A DNA stretch of 61,665 nt, counting the filler, from Squatina squatina (lineage: Eukaryota), in NCBI GenBank assembly GCA_031763465.1. It is 3 parts of 3 records of this genome, joined end to end, with 100 filler letters (N's around TTAATTAATTAA, not from the genome) between each part and the next. Parts side by side here need not be neighbours in the genome. Positions count along the whole stretch, not along the records: positions 16,382 to 42,002 come from JARFOE010000189.1; positions 42,103 to 61,665 come from JARFOE010000233.1; 1 more part is not named here. The stretch is one strand, 5' to 3'. Shown piece by piece: positions 32,961 through 45,600 of this stretch. The notes beneath the pieces were generated by a model. The model saw only the letters and a program-made list of their open reading frames with translations, did no database searches and had not been told where the DNA came from. The position numbers and the translations under genes are program-made. Numbering within the stretch: position 1 is the stretch's first letter; each line of letters begins with the position of its first letter.

Positions 32961-34292
32961 TATGCTCTATATTGACAGATGATACCTGTTACAGTGCTGA
33001 TTCTGACTGATACACTGACGGTGTGGTCAGTCTCTGAAGTAGTAAAATGTTACAGCTGTGCGTCAGATGCTTCATGTATATTTGATGCCACAGCACTCTA
33101 GAATGGGCAGCTTGCCAAATGTAATGTTGGCATATGCTATCACTGGACACTTTGCAAAACTGTTAGCGTGCAGGACATTGGTGCAAGAGCCACGCTTTTA
33201 TCGGGAATTTATAAATTTGTTGCATGGTATTCGGATCAAAGGTCTATTAAAAGGAAACCTTAATTAGAGATACCTAAAAACCCATTCACAAAATGGCACA
33301 TTCAGTGATGTTGTGCTCCTCATATGAAGTCTCACTGGATGGAAGCAAGGATCAGAGATACTCTAATTCCCGTACAGACCGAACTCTCCATCCAGTGCTC
33401 ACCATTGGTGAGGCAGNNNNNNNNNNNNNNNNNNNNNNNNNNNNNNNNNNNNNNNNNNNNNNNNNNNNNNNNNNNNNNNNNNNNNNNNNNNNNNNNNNNN
33501 NNNNNNNNNNNNNNNNNNNNNNNNNNNNNNNNNNNNNNNNNNNNNNNNNNNNNNNNNNNNNNNNNNNNNNNNNNNNNNNNNNNNNNNNNNNNNNNNNNNN
33601 NNNNNNNNNNNNNNNNNNNNNNNNNNNNNNNNNNNNNNNNNNNNNNNNNNNNNNNNNNNNNNNNNNNNNNNNNNNNNNNNNNNNNNNNNNNNNNNNNNNN
33701 NNNNNNNNNNNNNNNNNNNNNNNNNNNNNNNNNNNNNNNNNNNNNNNNNNNNNNNNNNNNNNNNNNNNNNNNNNNNNNNNNNNNNNNNNNNNNNNNNNNN
33801 NNNNNNNNNNNNNNNNNNNNNNNNNNNNNNNNNNNNNNNNNNNNNNNNNNNNNNNNNNNNNNNNNNNNNNNNNNNNNNNNNNNNNNNNNNNNNNNNNNNN
33901 NNNNNNNNNNNNNNNNNNNNNNNNNNNNNNNNNNNNNNNNNNNNNNNNNNNNNNNNNNNNNNNNNNNNNNNNNNNNNNNNNNNNNNNNNNNNNNNNNNNN
34001 NNNNNNNNNNNNNNNNNNNNNNNNNNNNNNNNNNNNNNNNNNNNNNNNNNNNNNNNNNNNNNNNNNNNNNNNNNNNNNNNNNNNNNNNNNNNNNNNNNNN
34101 NNNNNNNNNNNNNNNNNNNNNNNNNNNNNNNNNNNNNNNNNNNNNNNNNNNNNNNNNNNNNNNNNNNNNNNNNNNNNNNNNNNNNNNNNNNNNNNNNNNN
34201 NNNNNNNNNNNNNNNNNNNNNNNNNNNNNNNNNNNNNNNNNNNNNNNNNNNNNNNNNNNNNNNNNNNNNNNNNNNNNNNNNNNNNNNNNNNN

Positions 34293-34469
34293 CAAAAAAT
34301 ATCGCAAAGCTCTGCGCTGGGAATGGGCTTCACAGCCTCGGCATTGGATCTGTTCAGGAGTTTCTGGACAGATCGCAAATGCCGGTTATGCGGGCTTACG
34401 ATGCACAGCCCCATAACCGGCTTTTGCGACGTCTCCCCGGGTGTGTGGGGACATCGCAATTTCAGGGCC
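34293..34469. mobile_element. MITE right part with subterminal hairpin
   Basis: Hairpin cgcaaatgccggttatg...cataaccggcttttgcg; terminus gcaatttcagggcc. Confidence 0.55.
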
Positions 34470-34695
34470 AATATTTCTCAACAGAGAAACCCTGAGGTGG
34501 GGGAAAGGGAAATCATCTTTTAAAGCTTCAGATTCAGGCCATTCTGTCAATATATCAGTCGACTTTTAAAGAGATGTTGATATTTTTCAGAACTGTAATG
34601 CCAATAGCTGAAGATCACTGTTATTCCCATTGTAGTCTGACAAACAGTTTAGGTTTTCACTACTGTGAGGTAATGATCTGTTCTTTCTCCTTTAG

Positions 34696-34794
34696 AACGG
34701 GAATACTGCTTTGGCCATTGCTAAACGGCTGGGTTATATCTCGGTGGTTGATACGTTGAAGGTGGTTACCGAGGAAACTTTGACGACCACAATG
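34696..34794 (+). CDS. ANK3: ANK3 exon, last ankyrin repeat
   Basis: Encodes [33 protein letters not shown]; ctttag acceptor and GTAAAT donor. Confidence 0.96.
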
Positions 34795-34953
34795 GTAAAT
34801 TCAGTTTTAGTCTGGCCTACCTTTTATGTCTTTGTACCCTAATCACAGTGGACTGGGATTTTGTTTATCAGTACCATGGTACAGTTGAATAGTAAATAAT
34901 GAATCTGATCTGAAGTGACTCCTGACTATCTCAAACACTGTCTTTTTCCGCAG

Positions 34954-35026
34954 TCTGTGACAGAAAAGCATAAACTAAACGTCCCTGAAACTATGAACGA
35001 GGTTCTGGATGTATCTGATGATGAAG
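34954..35026 (+). CDS. ANK3: ANK3 73-nt linker exon
   Basis: Encodes [24 protein letters not shown] plus 1 nt; ccgcag acceptor and GTAAAG donor. Confidence 0.96.
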
Positions 35027-35339
35027 GTAAAGGAAATAACCTTGAAATATTCTTTTCTAAACCGATCCCTGCTGACCTGTAAGGGGTGTTTTGATGTGTA
35101 TTCCAATGTCTGATTTGCATTTTCCCAATTGGCATTGTGTACTCAGTCATTTACCCCACACAGAATGCTAGAGATTTGTCATAAGTAAAGGAAATCTGTA
35201 TGATTCTAGGTGAGGCTTTATTCCCTTATGTTTCCCTTTTTAAGAACAGACCATACTATCCTGTACCACGGAGGCAGCGTTATCATTTGAATTTCAAAAT
35301 AATGAACATACAGGTTGAAAACTTTTCAGCAAACGCACT

Positions 35340-35500
35340 GCACTGTGCCAGATCAGGATGAGTCCAGGTTCGGTCCCCGGCCGATGCTGATTCGGCTGAT
35401 AGTGGGTCGGTACACTGGGCCTCAGTGCCCATGGCCTGAGGAAGGAAAAATTAGCCGTCAGTCCCACTTGGTGGTTATTCAGCAATCACTGCTGAACAGT
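35340..35500 (+). mobile_element. Old tRNA-derived SINE, 5' part
   Basis: B-box-like ccaggttcggtccc followed by ggcctcagtgccc..gaggaaggaaaaattagcc. Related pieces appear at ~7900-7985, ~8500-8680 and ~25720-25820. Confidence 0.4.
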
Positions 35501-35603
35501 GTANNNNNNNNNNNNNNNNNNNNNNNNNNNNNNNNNNNNNNNNNNNNNNNNNNNNNNNNNNNNNNNNNNNNNNNNNNNNNNNNNNNNNNNNNNNNNNNNN
35601 NNN

Positions 35604-36290
35604 TTTCTCTGCGTCCCTGTAGCTCTCTTTCTCTGCGTCCCTGTAGCTCTCTTTCTCTGTGTCCCTGTCCCTCTCCTTCTCTGTGTCCCTGTCCCTCTGT
35701 TTCTCTGTGGCTCTGTCCCTCTCTTTCTCCGTGTCCCTGTCCCTCTCCTTCTCTGTGTCCCTGTCCCTCTCCTTCTCTGTGTCCCTGTCCCTCTCCTTCT
35801 CTGTGTCCCTGTCTCTCTCTTTCTCTGTGTCCCTGTCCCTCTCTTTATCTGTGTCCCTTTAGCTCTATTTCTCTGTGTCCCTGTCCCTCTATTTCTCTGT
35901 GTCCCTGTCCCTCTCTTTCTCTGTGTCCTTGTCACTCTCTTTCTCTGTGTCCCTGTCACTCTCTTTCTCCGTGTCCCTGTCCCTCTCTTTCTCTGTGTCC
36001 CTGTCCCTCTCTTTCTCTGTGTCCCTGTCCCTCTCTTTCTCTGTGTCTCTTTCCCTCTCTTTCTCTGCGTCCCTGTAGCTCTCTTTCTCCGTGTCCCTGT
36101 CCCTCTCTTTCTGTGTCTCTTTCCCTCTCTTTCTCCGTGTCCCTGTACCTCTCTCTGTGTCTCTTTCCCTCTCTTTCTCTGTCTCTTTCCCTGTCTTTCT
36201 CTGCGTCCCTGTAGCTATCTGTCTCTGTGTCCCTGTTCCTCTCTTTATTTGTGTCCTTGACCTTGCCCCCTGTCTCCGTGTCTCTGCCCC
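35604..36290. repeat. 24-bp pyrimidine-rich minisatellite
   Basis: Tandem ctctgtgtccctgtccctctcttt units. Confidence 0.95.
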
Positions 36291-36608
36291 TCTTCCTTGT
36301 TTCCTGAATATTTCTCCTTCATCTTCTTTCCTGGCATGGGCCCTTTCTCTGTATATGTTTCTCTGCCACACAATTTGCACACTGAAGTCTTTGCCGGAGA
36401 CCTTGATATTGAAGGTATACCTTCAATATTTGCAGCAACCCTTTAGTTGGGTTTTGTAAAGTTTCATTTGCCCACTGTTAAAGCCAATGAATACTTTCTT
36501 ATTTGAACACACTGCATTCTGTGATTTCCACAGTCAGTCGACTCTTATGTTTTAGTAAACAGTCGGAATGATTTTGGTAATATCATGATCTTTATTCAAA
36601 CCACGCAG

Positions 36609-36671
36609 TTCGTAAAGCCAATGTTCCTGAAATTGTCAGTGAAGCCGAGTATTTGTCAGATGGCGATGAAG
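36609..36671 (+). CDS. ANK3: ANK3 63-nt linker exon (phase 1-1)
   Basis: Encodes (V)RKANVPEIVSEAEYLSDGDE(G) versus human ANK3 VRKANAPEMLSDGEYISDVEEG; acgcag acceptor and GTACTT donor. Confidence 0.92.
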
Positions 36672-38020
36672 GTACTTGTTCTTTATTGCTGTGATGGTTT
36701 AACAATGTAATGCTTCCGTGTTTGAAATCGTTACTAATGCACTGACACCACATCCATTCTGGCTGCCCAGGTCCTGCTTGCTCTGCCTGAAACTACGTAA
36801 ACCCTTAATCTGAATGTGTGGAGGGCTGGGGTCTTGTTGAGTGTGAGCTGGCCAGACTGCTTGGTGGTGTAGAGTGAGCTTTATTTGTGGGGAAACTGCA
36901 AATCCAGTCCTAACAAACCTTTACATTCAAGCAAATCATTACAGTTGAACATTAACTCCACATTTTGTGTTAAAATGTGAACAGAAAAGACTGCACTTAC
37001 GGATGTTTCTTTGAAAAGTTATGCTTCCAATTTTCCTTTAGAGAAACTACCACAGTGTTCACTTTGCTCAATGGAAAGTGTTTTTGGAAAAGTGAATTTA
37101 AATAACACGGCATCGAAAGTCATTCTCGCAGGCTCAAGCTGATTGAAACCACATTGAATGACTCACAGTGTTCTGATTTTACCCATCACAATCCTATTTC
37201 TGCAAGGGGGCCTAAAACAGACGTTAGGGCCCTCATTTACATATGTAGGGGGCCTAACACCATTTTTTGCTGGTCAACAGGGACACCTGAATTTTAGGAT
37301 CNNNNNNNNNNNNNNNNNNNNNNNNNNNNNNNNNNNNNNNNNNNNNNNNNNNNNNNNNNNNNNNNNNNNNNNNNNNNNNNNNNNNNNNNNNNNNNNNNNN
37401 NCGGGATGGGAATTGGACCTGTATGGTTGCAGTATGACCAAGATCTAGGTTGGCAGGAGATACAGGGAGAACACTATAGACGCAACAAACACATTGATGG
37501 TTTGTCCACTTCAAACTGACACCAAACTCCGTCAACCTGACCACATCACAACTGTGCTAGCAGCATTGAATTGGAAGCACTTGTTATTTAAAAGCCTACT
37601 TTTCATTTATCCTTAAAAAGTATGTTTTTGCCCCCAAAATAATGTATTTTGTCTTTAAACGAAAATGCATTATTAAGTGTTGAACTTGTGTATCTGGTGG
37701 GTTATTGCAACTGGTTTATCTGAGACTGTTTTGTTGTAAAACTGGACTAACTTTCTGACTGGTGTCTCTTGAATGAATGCTCTATACCTGTACAATGCAC
37801 AAACACTTAGTGTGTATCTCTAATAAAACATCTCCTAATGTTAAGCTTTCAAAAATAAAAAGAGTAAAAAAAGTATTCTGTGGGCCATGTAGATTAAAAA
37901 GGAACCCATAGACTTTGGACCACAGCACTATATTTATTACTTGTTTCTGCTTCTTCTGATTCTTTAATCACTTCTATTTTCTCCTGTTTCCTTTTTTTTC
38001 TCCACAATTTGTTTAAAAAG

Positions 38021-38032
38021 TCCTAAAATCAG
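38021..38032 (+). CDS. ANK3: ANK3 12-nt microexon (S-P-K-I-S junction, phase 2-2)
   Basis: Long pyrimidine tract, then aaaAG|TCCTAAAATCAG|GTAAGA. Fits an SPKI insertion between GARSA and SLRSFSSD that I recall from some vertebrate ankyrin-G isoforms. Confidence 0.75.
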
Positions 38033-39675
38033 GTAAGATAACATGAAGCTTTTACTTTTTTAGTGGCCATGCCTATTTCTGTTGCAGTCGGTAGTGATGT
38101 GATGTTTGTTTAGGTTTCTGAGCTGCACCAGCAGTTAGCAAGTCCCCACCCCATGCACCTGCTCAATTAGCCTGGCAGGGACCAATATCTAAGTTGCACA
38201 TTGGTATGGCATGTGACTGTTCTTGAAACCATACTGTTTTGTTTTTCATGCCGTGTTGGAAGAATTGTCCTATGTAGACTTCCCCCAGAGAGTGAGTAAA
38301 TATAATGTATACACACTGGAGATGGTAGTATTCACTGCTTAAAGGTGTCTTAAAGTGTTTATTGACTCAAATTTTCTAATGGGCCGTATTATCTTGCCAG
38401 TCAATATGAGGAGTCTCCAGCTTGGCCTGGCCATTGTGTCTAGTAATTTTATGGTTTTCAAATACATGTGAAGCTGACTTTTTTTTAAAAGAAAAACTAC
38501 ACACTAAGTTCTGGCACTCTCTAATCACTTGGATCAGGCTGGATGCTCCTGATTTGGGCTTTTAGAGTTTTGGATGCTACTTTGGTTACAAATGTGAGAA
38601 TTAATTGATAGACATCTGTTGGGCGATGATCACAGTTCTGCCACATTTTGAGCTTTCTAGTATGCCTTTGCCAGCAACTTGTTCATTTTAATTAGCAGCC
38701 TCGCAGTGCTGTGGCCCTCAATATGCAGCAGACGACTTCTCCTCTAAACTGCACACATGCACTTGTCACCTGCTCAAGTGAGAAAAATCCCAACTGTCCG
38801 AAAAAGGCAACCAAGATTTTTTAATAACATGATTACCGTGGGTTGGTGGGCCACTGGTGTGAATTACCCTTAATGAAATATTAGGTCCACTAATTTTGAT
38901 AAACTCTTTAATATTTTGTCGGAAGATNNNNNNNNNNNNNNNNNNNNNNNNNNNNNNNNNNNNNNNNNNNNNNNNNNNNNNNNNNNNNNNNNNNNNNNNN
39001 NNNNNNNNNNNNNNNNNNNNNNNNNNNGAAGAAACATTTGCTTTTTTTTTGAACCAAATTTCAACAATCAATTGTAATTATTATCGGTTCATGGGAAAAC
39101 TGGTCAATTTAATGTATTCATTGGTCAACAGTGTCTTCTGCTGAATGAACTATGGGCCCCTTCCGATGATTGTAGGAGGTTTTCTGACTCTTACTAGCGT
39201 ATCAATTTGTAGCACAAATTCAACAGCAGTAGTTTTGTGGCCACTTGTTAATGGGAGCAAGTTGCTTGCCCCTCCGAGTCACCAGAGGAAGAGCGCATCA
39301 CCTGGGAAGAAAGACCAAATAAAACGGAGTGCGATGTCAGAGGGGAGATGATTTTTAAAAACTTGTTATCGGGGGACAGCCTTGCTCTGTGTGTAGTGAA
39401 ATTGCTGGTGGATTTATAAAGGACATTTACAGTTTAACTACACAGAGAGAAAATCTCCTCCTCCTGTTTTGAACCTGATAGTTCCAGTCTCGGGCAAGCA
39501 TGCAAACTCAAACCAGGGATCGGTAACAGTGGAGGCTGCATTTCCCAAAATGTTAAAGAATCTTTGCCAAAGCGTCACTTCTGTCTGCTGGTACAGCCTT
39601 CATACTTGCCAACTCCCAGGTGCCTGAGAGAGTCTTTTGAGGTTAAAGGGCAACTCTATTTTCCTCCTGGTTCAG

Positions 39676-39738
39676 CAGGGTTTCCAACCAGAGCTTGCAC
39701 ATTCCATGGGTGGACCAGTAGTGAGCAACTCACTGAAG
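39676..39738 (+). CDS. Candidate ANK3 cassette exon (63 or 60 nt), unrecognised peptide
   Basis: ctctattttcctcctggttCAGCAG acceptor, open phase-0 frame QGFQPELAHSMGGPVVSNSLK, and AAG|GTAAGC donor. Confidence 0.4.
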
Positions 39739-39896
39739 GTAAGCAATTGCTTTCTGCTAGCTTGCTGATTAAAGCCAGGCAGGTTAAAGTTAACTATACA
39801 TTACATTTGTATAATTGCATTTTTTAAATCAATAATTGTCAGGCCTAATGTTTAATTCGTTTATAAACCTTTTAGTTTCCATATGGTGGGGTTAGG

Positions 39897-39988
39897 ATCA
39901 TACAGTTTTACAACACAGAAAGAGGCCATTCAGCCCATCATTCATGTGCCAGCATCCTGCATGAGCTGTTCCACTTAATCCGATTCCT
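39897..39988 (-). mobile_element. CR1 3' tail fragment
   Basis: tcatacagttttacaacacagaaagaggccattcagccc, similar to the start of the 12630 copy. Confidence 0.55.
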
Positions 39989-41864
39989 NNNNNNNNNNNN
40001 NNNNNNNNNNNNNNNNNNNNNNNNNNNNNNNNNNNNNNNNNNNNNNNNNNNNNNNNNNNNNNNNNNNNNNNNNNNNNNNNNNNNNNNNCTTCACCTGTTG
40101 AAATCTCTTCCAGCTGCATCAAATGCATTCAGTAAATCGTGACAGCTCTTCACATTCAATATTGGTATAGAGAAGGTATCAGTGGAAATGAAAACAAAAA
40201 TGTTCTTTTTGGGCTAGTGCAAATAGGGCAACTTTATGTCGGAAAGATGGGTAGAGATAATGAGACGTTAAGTCAATCAAAGGCAGAAAATTGCCTGCGT
40301 CCATTAGCTTGTAAACATCTCTACGATGGGTCAGTGAAAATGGCCCTCGTGTTAATTAGATCAGCAGAATACGCTGAATGAGCATGTGGTACATTTGTAA
40401 AGTGATGGAACAGACCTGCATATGTCTTTTCAGATTGCCTGCTTTACACATACTTAAAAATAACAATGAAATTGCTATTTAATGTGGATCTACTCAAAAT
40501 GTCAGAATCTCTCAAGAACATCTGCTTAAAGCAATCATAAAATTGGTGTTTAGTATTGAACTACTCAAAAACTTCAAGATGTCCTAAGCATTTCTGCCTT
40601 GTTAAGTGTAGGTCTAAAACATTACATAAATGGTTTGGTTCAATCCCAATGATTTGGTACATTCCCAATAGTTTGGTACATTCTCTATATCCATATTTTC
40701 ATTCTGGATGTCTTGCACCACACACAGGAAATGATCAATCTGCCGAAATGTTTTTTTAACGAGACAGTGTAAGTTTTGGTGCCATGTAAGGCTGTATTTC
40801 CAAGGTGGGATGCCATTGAGAGGTGAATTTCCGTTGCATCCTTCAATAACCACACACGCTTTTCAACACATTTGCAAAAATGATTTTCTGTGTATGTCCA
40901 ATGTTGAATATTATGAAGTAGAATATTAGAAATGTAAGGATCCAGAGACATCTCTTCATTCCCAATATTCTGGCCAAAAGAGGAGGAGGAAGGTCTCGGG
41001 TCTTGGAATTACAACCGGGGAATCTTGCATTTTATGTCAATTGTTTAGGTATAAAAATGTCAATGCTAAATTAACTTTGATACAATGGAGCCTCCTTTTT
41101 AAAAAAAAAAGGAAAATTGCTGCAAAGTTTCACTCACATGCTCGATTTCCTTTGGATTGTTAATTTTTTTTAAAAACCCGTGAAGACATGTAAGTTCCAT
41201 CGTCAATGAAAGGTTTCACCCTCCAGTGACTTTCTCCTTATTTCATTGGCAATGGTGTAGTAGATTTTCTATTTAAATGAACAATACAGCCTGTATTGAC
41301 GACCGAAAAGCAAACTGTCTTCTTAATGTTGCTCATGAGAGGTTCATAAATATAACATCACTGTTTTTATAAATTTTTGAGTTTAAATTCTGTTTCTAAC
41401 CTGTTGAGTACTGGTTGTGAAATCTTTATAGTTCAATTAAAATCTGAAACTTTTCTCACAGCGACTTATAAGATCATGAAATGTACAGAAAAAACAATGT
41501 TTTTTCATTTTGAGAATCCCTGGAGCGGAGAGAAAAAAACAAACTTAAAATGAATGAACGTTTGTTGGGTGGGAGAATGCTATCTCAATCCTCAAAGGGT
41601 CAAAATGAGCAAATTTTCTTTGGGGGTGGGGAGGGATTAAAATAGCAAACATATTTGGAGGGCAATTCCAATTAGATTAGAAAACAGCTATCCAACATCA
41701 GATTTTCAAGATGTTTAAGTTATAGGGCAACATTCCAGACTGCCACACCAAGAATGGAGGGCCAGTGGAAAGCCAGACTTCAATTTTAAGAAGGCATTGA
41801 GACATTGGACTTTCCCCAGGTGTTGCTCCCAAACAACCCTTGTAGACTGATGGGGGGGGGAAAA

Positions 41865-42002
41865 CACAAATAGGAGCAGTCGGCCATTCGGCCCCTCGAG
41901 CCTGCTCCGCCATTCAATAAGATCTTGGCTGATCTTCTACCTCAACGCCATTTTCCTGCACTATCCCCATATCCCTTGATGCCTTTAATATCTAGAAATC
42001 TA
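41865..42002 (-). mobile_element. CR1 LINE 3' end
   Basis: aaataggagcagtcggccattcggcccctcgagcctgctccgccattcaataagatc, same family as 11191. Confidence 0.8.
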
Positions 42003-42102
42003 NNNNNNNNNNNNNNNNNNNNNNNNNNNNNNNNNNNNNNNNNNNNTTAATTAATTAANNNNNNNNNNNNNNNNNNNNNNNNNNNNNNNNNNNNNNNNNN
42101 NN
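42003..42102. other. Artificial scaffold-joining spacer
   Basis: 44 N, TTAATTAATTAA (42047-42058), 44 N. Confidence 0.95.
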
Positions 42103-42309
42103 CCCACTGATGATGTCATCCAGACCACCTAACGCCAAAATGAAAGTTTCCAGCCTTACTGGGTTTGCGCCCATTTTGCGCCATTTTTTTGGGGACCCAA
42201 ATTGTCCGATGCTAAAGTTAACACCAAAAATCAGCATTAAGCACTTAACGCTGATTTAGCACTCATTTAGCACCCCAAAAAACCCCGAATTGGGCGCTCT
42301 TTGTATTTA

Positions 42310-42660
42310 ACTACTTTATGAAGATGGTAGTGAAGGTCTGGAATGGACTGCCAAGGGAGCCTGTGAGATATGGTTGCATCAGCAAATTAAAGAAAAAGTT
42401 GGATAAATGGTCTGATGAACTATTTGATAGAGGAGTATAAGAGATATCATGGGGTATGACATTTCCTAGACACTGGGACCACCCGGACCTACATTCTTGT
42501 GTTCCTATTACTGTATGTTTGCTGCTTCCTAATCCAATGTACATTATCTTACACGTATTTACACGAAAATCCATCACCTATTTCTTAATCTAGTTGCTTA
42601 ATTGATCCAGATCTTGCTGAATGCGAGTTCTGAGCCTTTCCAGTCTCTGTAATGAAGGTA
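42310..42660. mobile_element. Two old CR1 fragments in opposite orientations
   Basis: Plus strand reads VVKVWNGLP...LKKKLDKW; the minus strand then reads MDFRVNTCKIMYIG (compare CR1 M.FNV.KCKVMHIG). Confidence 0.55.
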
Positions 42661-45600
42661 ATATACTGTACCTCTTCCTACATCAAATGAATCTAATCTT
42701 TTTTGGCAGCTGAAAGTTCAATAATATCTAATCCGAATCAAAGGCATTGTGACTATTTCAATTTAAAAAGATCTTAAATGCTTAGAGCATTGATCTAAAG
42801 TGTCGTACAGAAAAGATAAAGCCAATACATACATTTTATACCCTAATGCTTTAGTAATGGGTAACCAGCAAAGAGGCTTCGAGGGGATGCCAACTAAATT
42901 TAAATTTAACCTGTATGTACAAAAAAAGACAGCTGGTCCCAACTCACTAATGACTAGACCTACCCCACAGTATGAAAACTTAATAAAGTACCAATTCTTT
43001 TTAAAAAAATCTATTCAAATCTAGTGCTGGTGTTGTTCAGATTATTTACCGATAACAGAGGGTAAGAATGCAGATATGGCCACAGGTGCTGTGATACAGA
43101 GAGATATTCGCACCATTCAATGAGGGTATGTTCAACTTCCACTTAACTTGCACAATCCTTTCTCTACAAAACAAGCCCAGTGTTACCTCAAACAAGTCAA
43201 TAATCTTTTCCAAATCTCATCTACATGCATGAGTCCCTGCTTTATCTACTTGTACTGNNNNNNNNNNNNNNNNNNNNNNNNNNNNNNNNNNNNNNNNNNN
43301 NNNNNNNNNNNNNNNNNNNNNNNNNNNNNNNNNNNNNNNNNNNNNNNNNNNNNNNNNGCTGTAGTAATGAAGTAATGTAGCAATTTAAATGAATGAAAGA
43401 CAACCTGTTTTTTGATTGGAGGACCAGGCCCGCGTGATCCCTTGTACGCTTCCACACAGGCTGCATCACTGGGATCCATGGGCCATTATGCTGCCCTGCT
43501 ACTCACAGTATCAGAGTGCAAGTTTACACAGGAGGGCCGCCATCAGGTAGGTGCATATTTTTTCGAAGGCTGGCGGTGTACTCCAGAGATACACCACTGA
43601 CTGCAATTTTTGATCCACTATGTATTATTTAGATAATAATTTAACACTAAATGCTATGTGAACTGATTTGGGACAGTCCTCTTTTTAAATCCTTAAGGAC
43701 CAGTTGACCGCAATACAAATTGAAAATGATCCCAATAGTGTAAAATAGAAGTCATATTTTGAAGTATATTACATCAATACTGTGGATAATAACTGATATG
43801 TAATCATATTCATGTCAGGATAGGATAAGTTTGTAATTTAAAATTTTGAGATCGTATTAGCTTGTCAGAATTATTGACTATTCTGCTGCTGTTACAACTG
43901 TTTCTTTTATATCTGGTAGAAAGTTGGGATAAACCTTGCACTTTTAAAATTTACAATATGACATGATTTATGATCTAATATATGTTCTTATTGGATTTTT
44001 GACCTATTAATAGCAATCACCACTCATTTCCAAATATTACCTCAGTATAAGTGTAATTGGCTTGTGAAGACAGAAGCCCTTTCACAGCTTGTTGACATAA
44101 TGTAGCTGCAAATATGCAACAAAATGAGACCATTTGACAGCTCCTTTAGAAATGCCCAAAGATTTCCTTCCCACCTACTATTCATGTAGTGGCCTTTATT
44201 CTATAAAGCTTAGTCAGTAGCTATACTGACAATAATTGCAGTGGGTAGGTCAGAATTTGACCCAATTATAGAATACAAAACACAAAGCAATATTTGCTCA
44301 CTGTTAAATGCCCTGCATTAAATGTTTTTAGCTTTGTAACAAAACTATTTAACAGTACAGGCAAACACTGCAAAGCTAACTGAGTTTATAGATGATCTTC
44401 TAAACTCTGCCATTTGGATAGGGAACCCCAAACAATATTTCTCATTTGAAAATTTCCTCAAAAACCACACATCATTGCCCAGTTAGAGGCACAACTTANN
44501 NNNNNNNNATTTTGATATATAAAGACCATTTATCTCTTCTCAAATAAGGAATTAACTGTCCTTTTATCCTTCATTATTTTAATTGCGAACAAAATGGCAA
44601 GTACATGCCATTTCAGAACATACAAATTTGCTGCATGCCAATTTATTAGCAGGGACAGAACAATCAGGATACACTGGTAGTAGCAATCTTTTAACTTCTT
44701 AACCAGCCACTTATGAAAAGTTTGCTAATTCAACTGCGTAGTGTGCATTATTTGTTCTTAAGTTCAGTTAGCAATAAACTAGGAAAGACTTTGGAGCTTA
44801 AAAAGAATCTGAGCCTAGATTTTCTTCTGTGATGAATGTAGTGTCAAAATAGCATTGAAACTGCCCTGCAATGTAGCTTCTCCCAGTACTAGCCCAATTT
44901 TCCTCAGTATACTTTTATTGNNNNNNNNNNNNNNNNNNNNNNNNNNNNNNNNNNNNNNNNNNNNNNNNNNNNNNNNNNNNNNNNNNNNNNNNNNNNNNNN
45001 NNNNNNNTGTGCCAGGAGGAGAGGTGAAGATCTCTTCACTCTAGAGAGGTAGTGCCTGTTGTATCTGGGAAAAAAAATACCAGCTTCAACAGTCATTTCA
45101 ATGCTTTTAGGGACAAGTGTATCACTCTCTGAACATTAAAACTCAATGTAAAAGCATGCAGACCTGGCACTTAGTCATTGAATTCTCAAGAGCTGAACAT
45201 GAAATTTCTTAAACATATTGTGTTGCCAGTGAAGAATGAAATCCTGGGGTCTGCATCTCAAATACTTCCGGAAGTTCATAACCAACCAGACCTTTGGTGG
45301 CTCCTCGGCTGCCATGCTACGGATGAACATTTTAGTCTAAAAGGAACGGATAGGACTCTCCTCACTACTACATAACTCCACATACTGGTGTGGTGTCCAA
45401 CAATGATGGAGCATCACTTGACCAATGATTTAATTGGGTGGAGTGGGATGGGGGCAAAAAAGAAATGACCACTTTTTTCCCCCCAGGCATTTAGAAAAAT
45501 TTGCACTTCAGCTAACAAAACCTTCCATAAAGGCCTTAAAACTTGTTGGCAAGACCATAGATCCCCTATTGGTATGCAAGAACTTTGAAAAGGCAAGTTA

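Noticed and set aside
18367-38032. A compact ANK3 that has lost many ankyrin-repeat exons
   Set aside because: Each run of missing exons coincides with an N gap, so incomplete assembly explains it.
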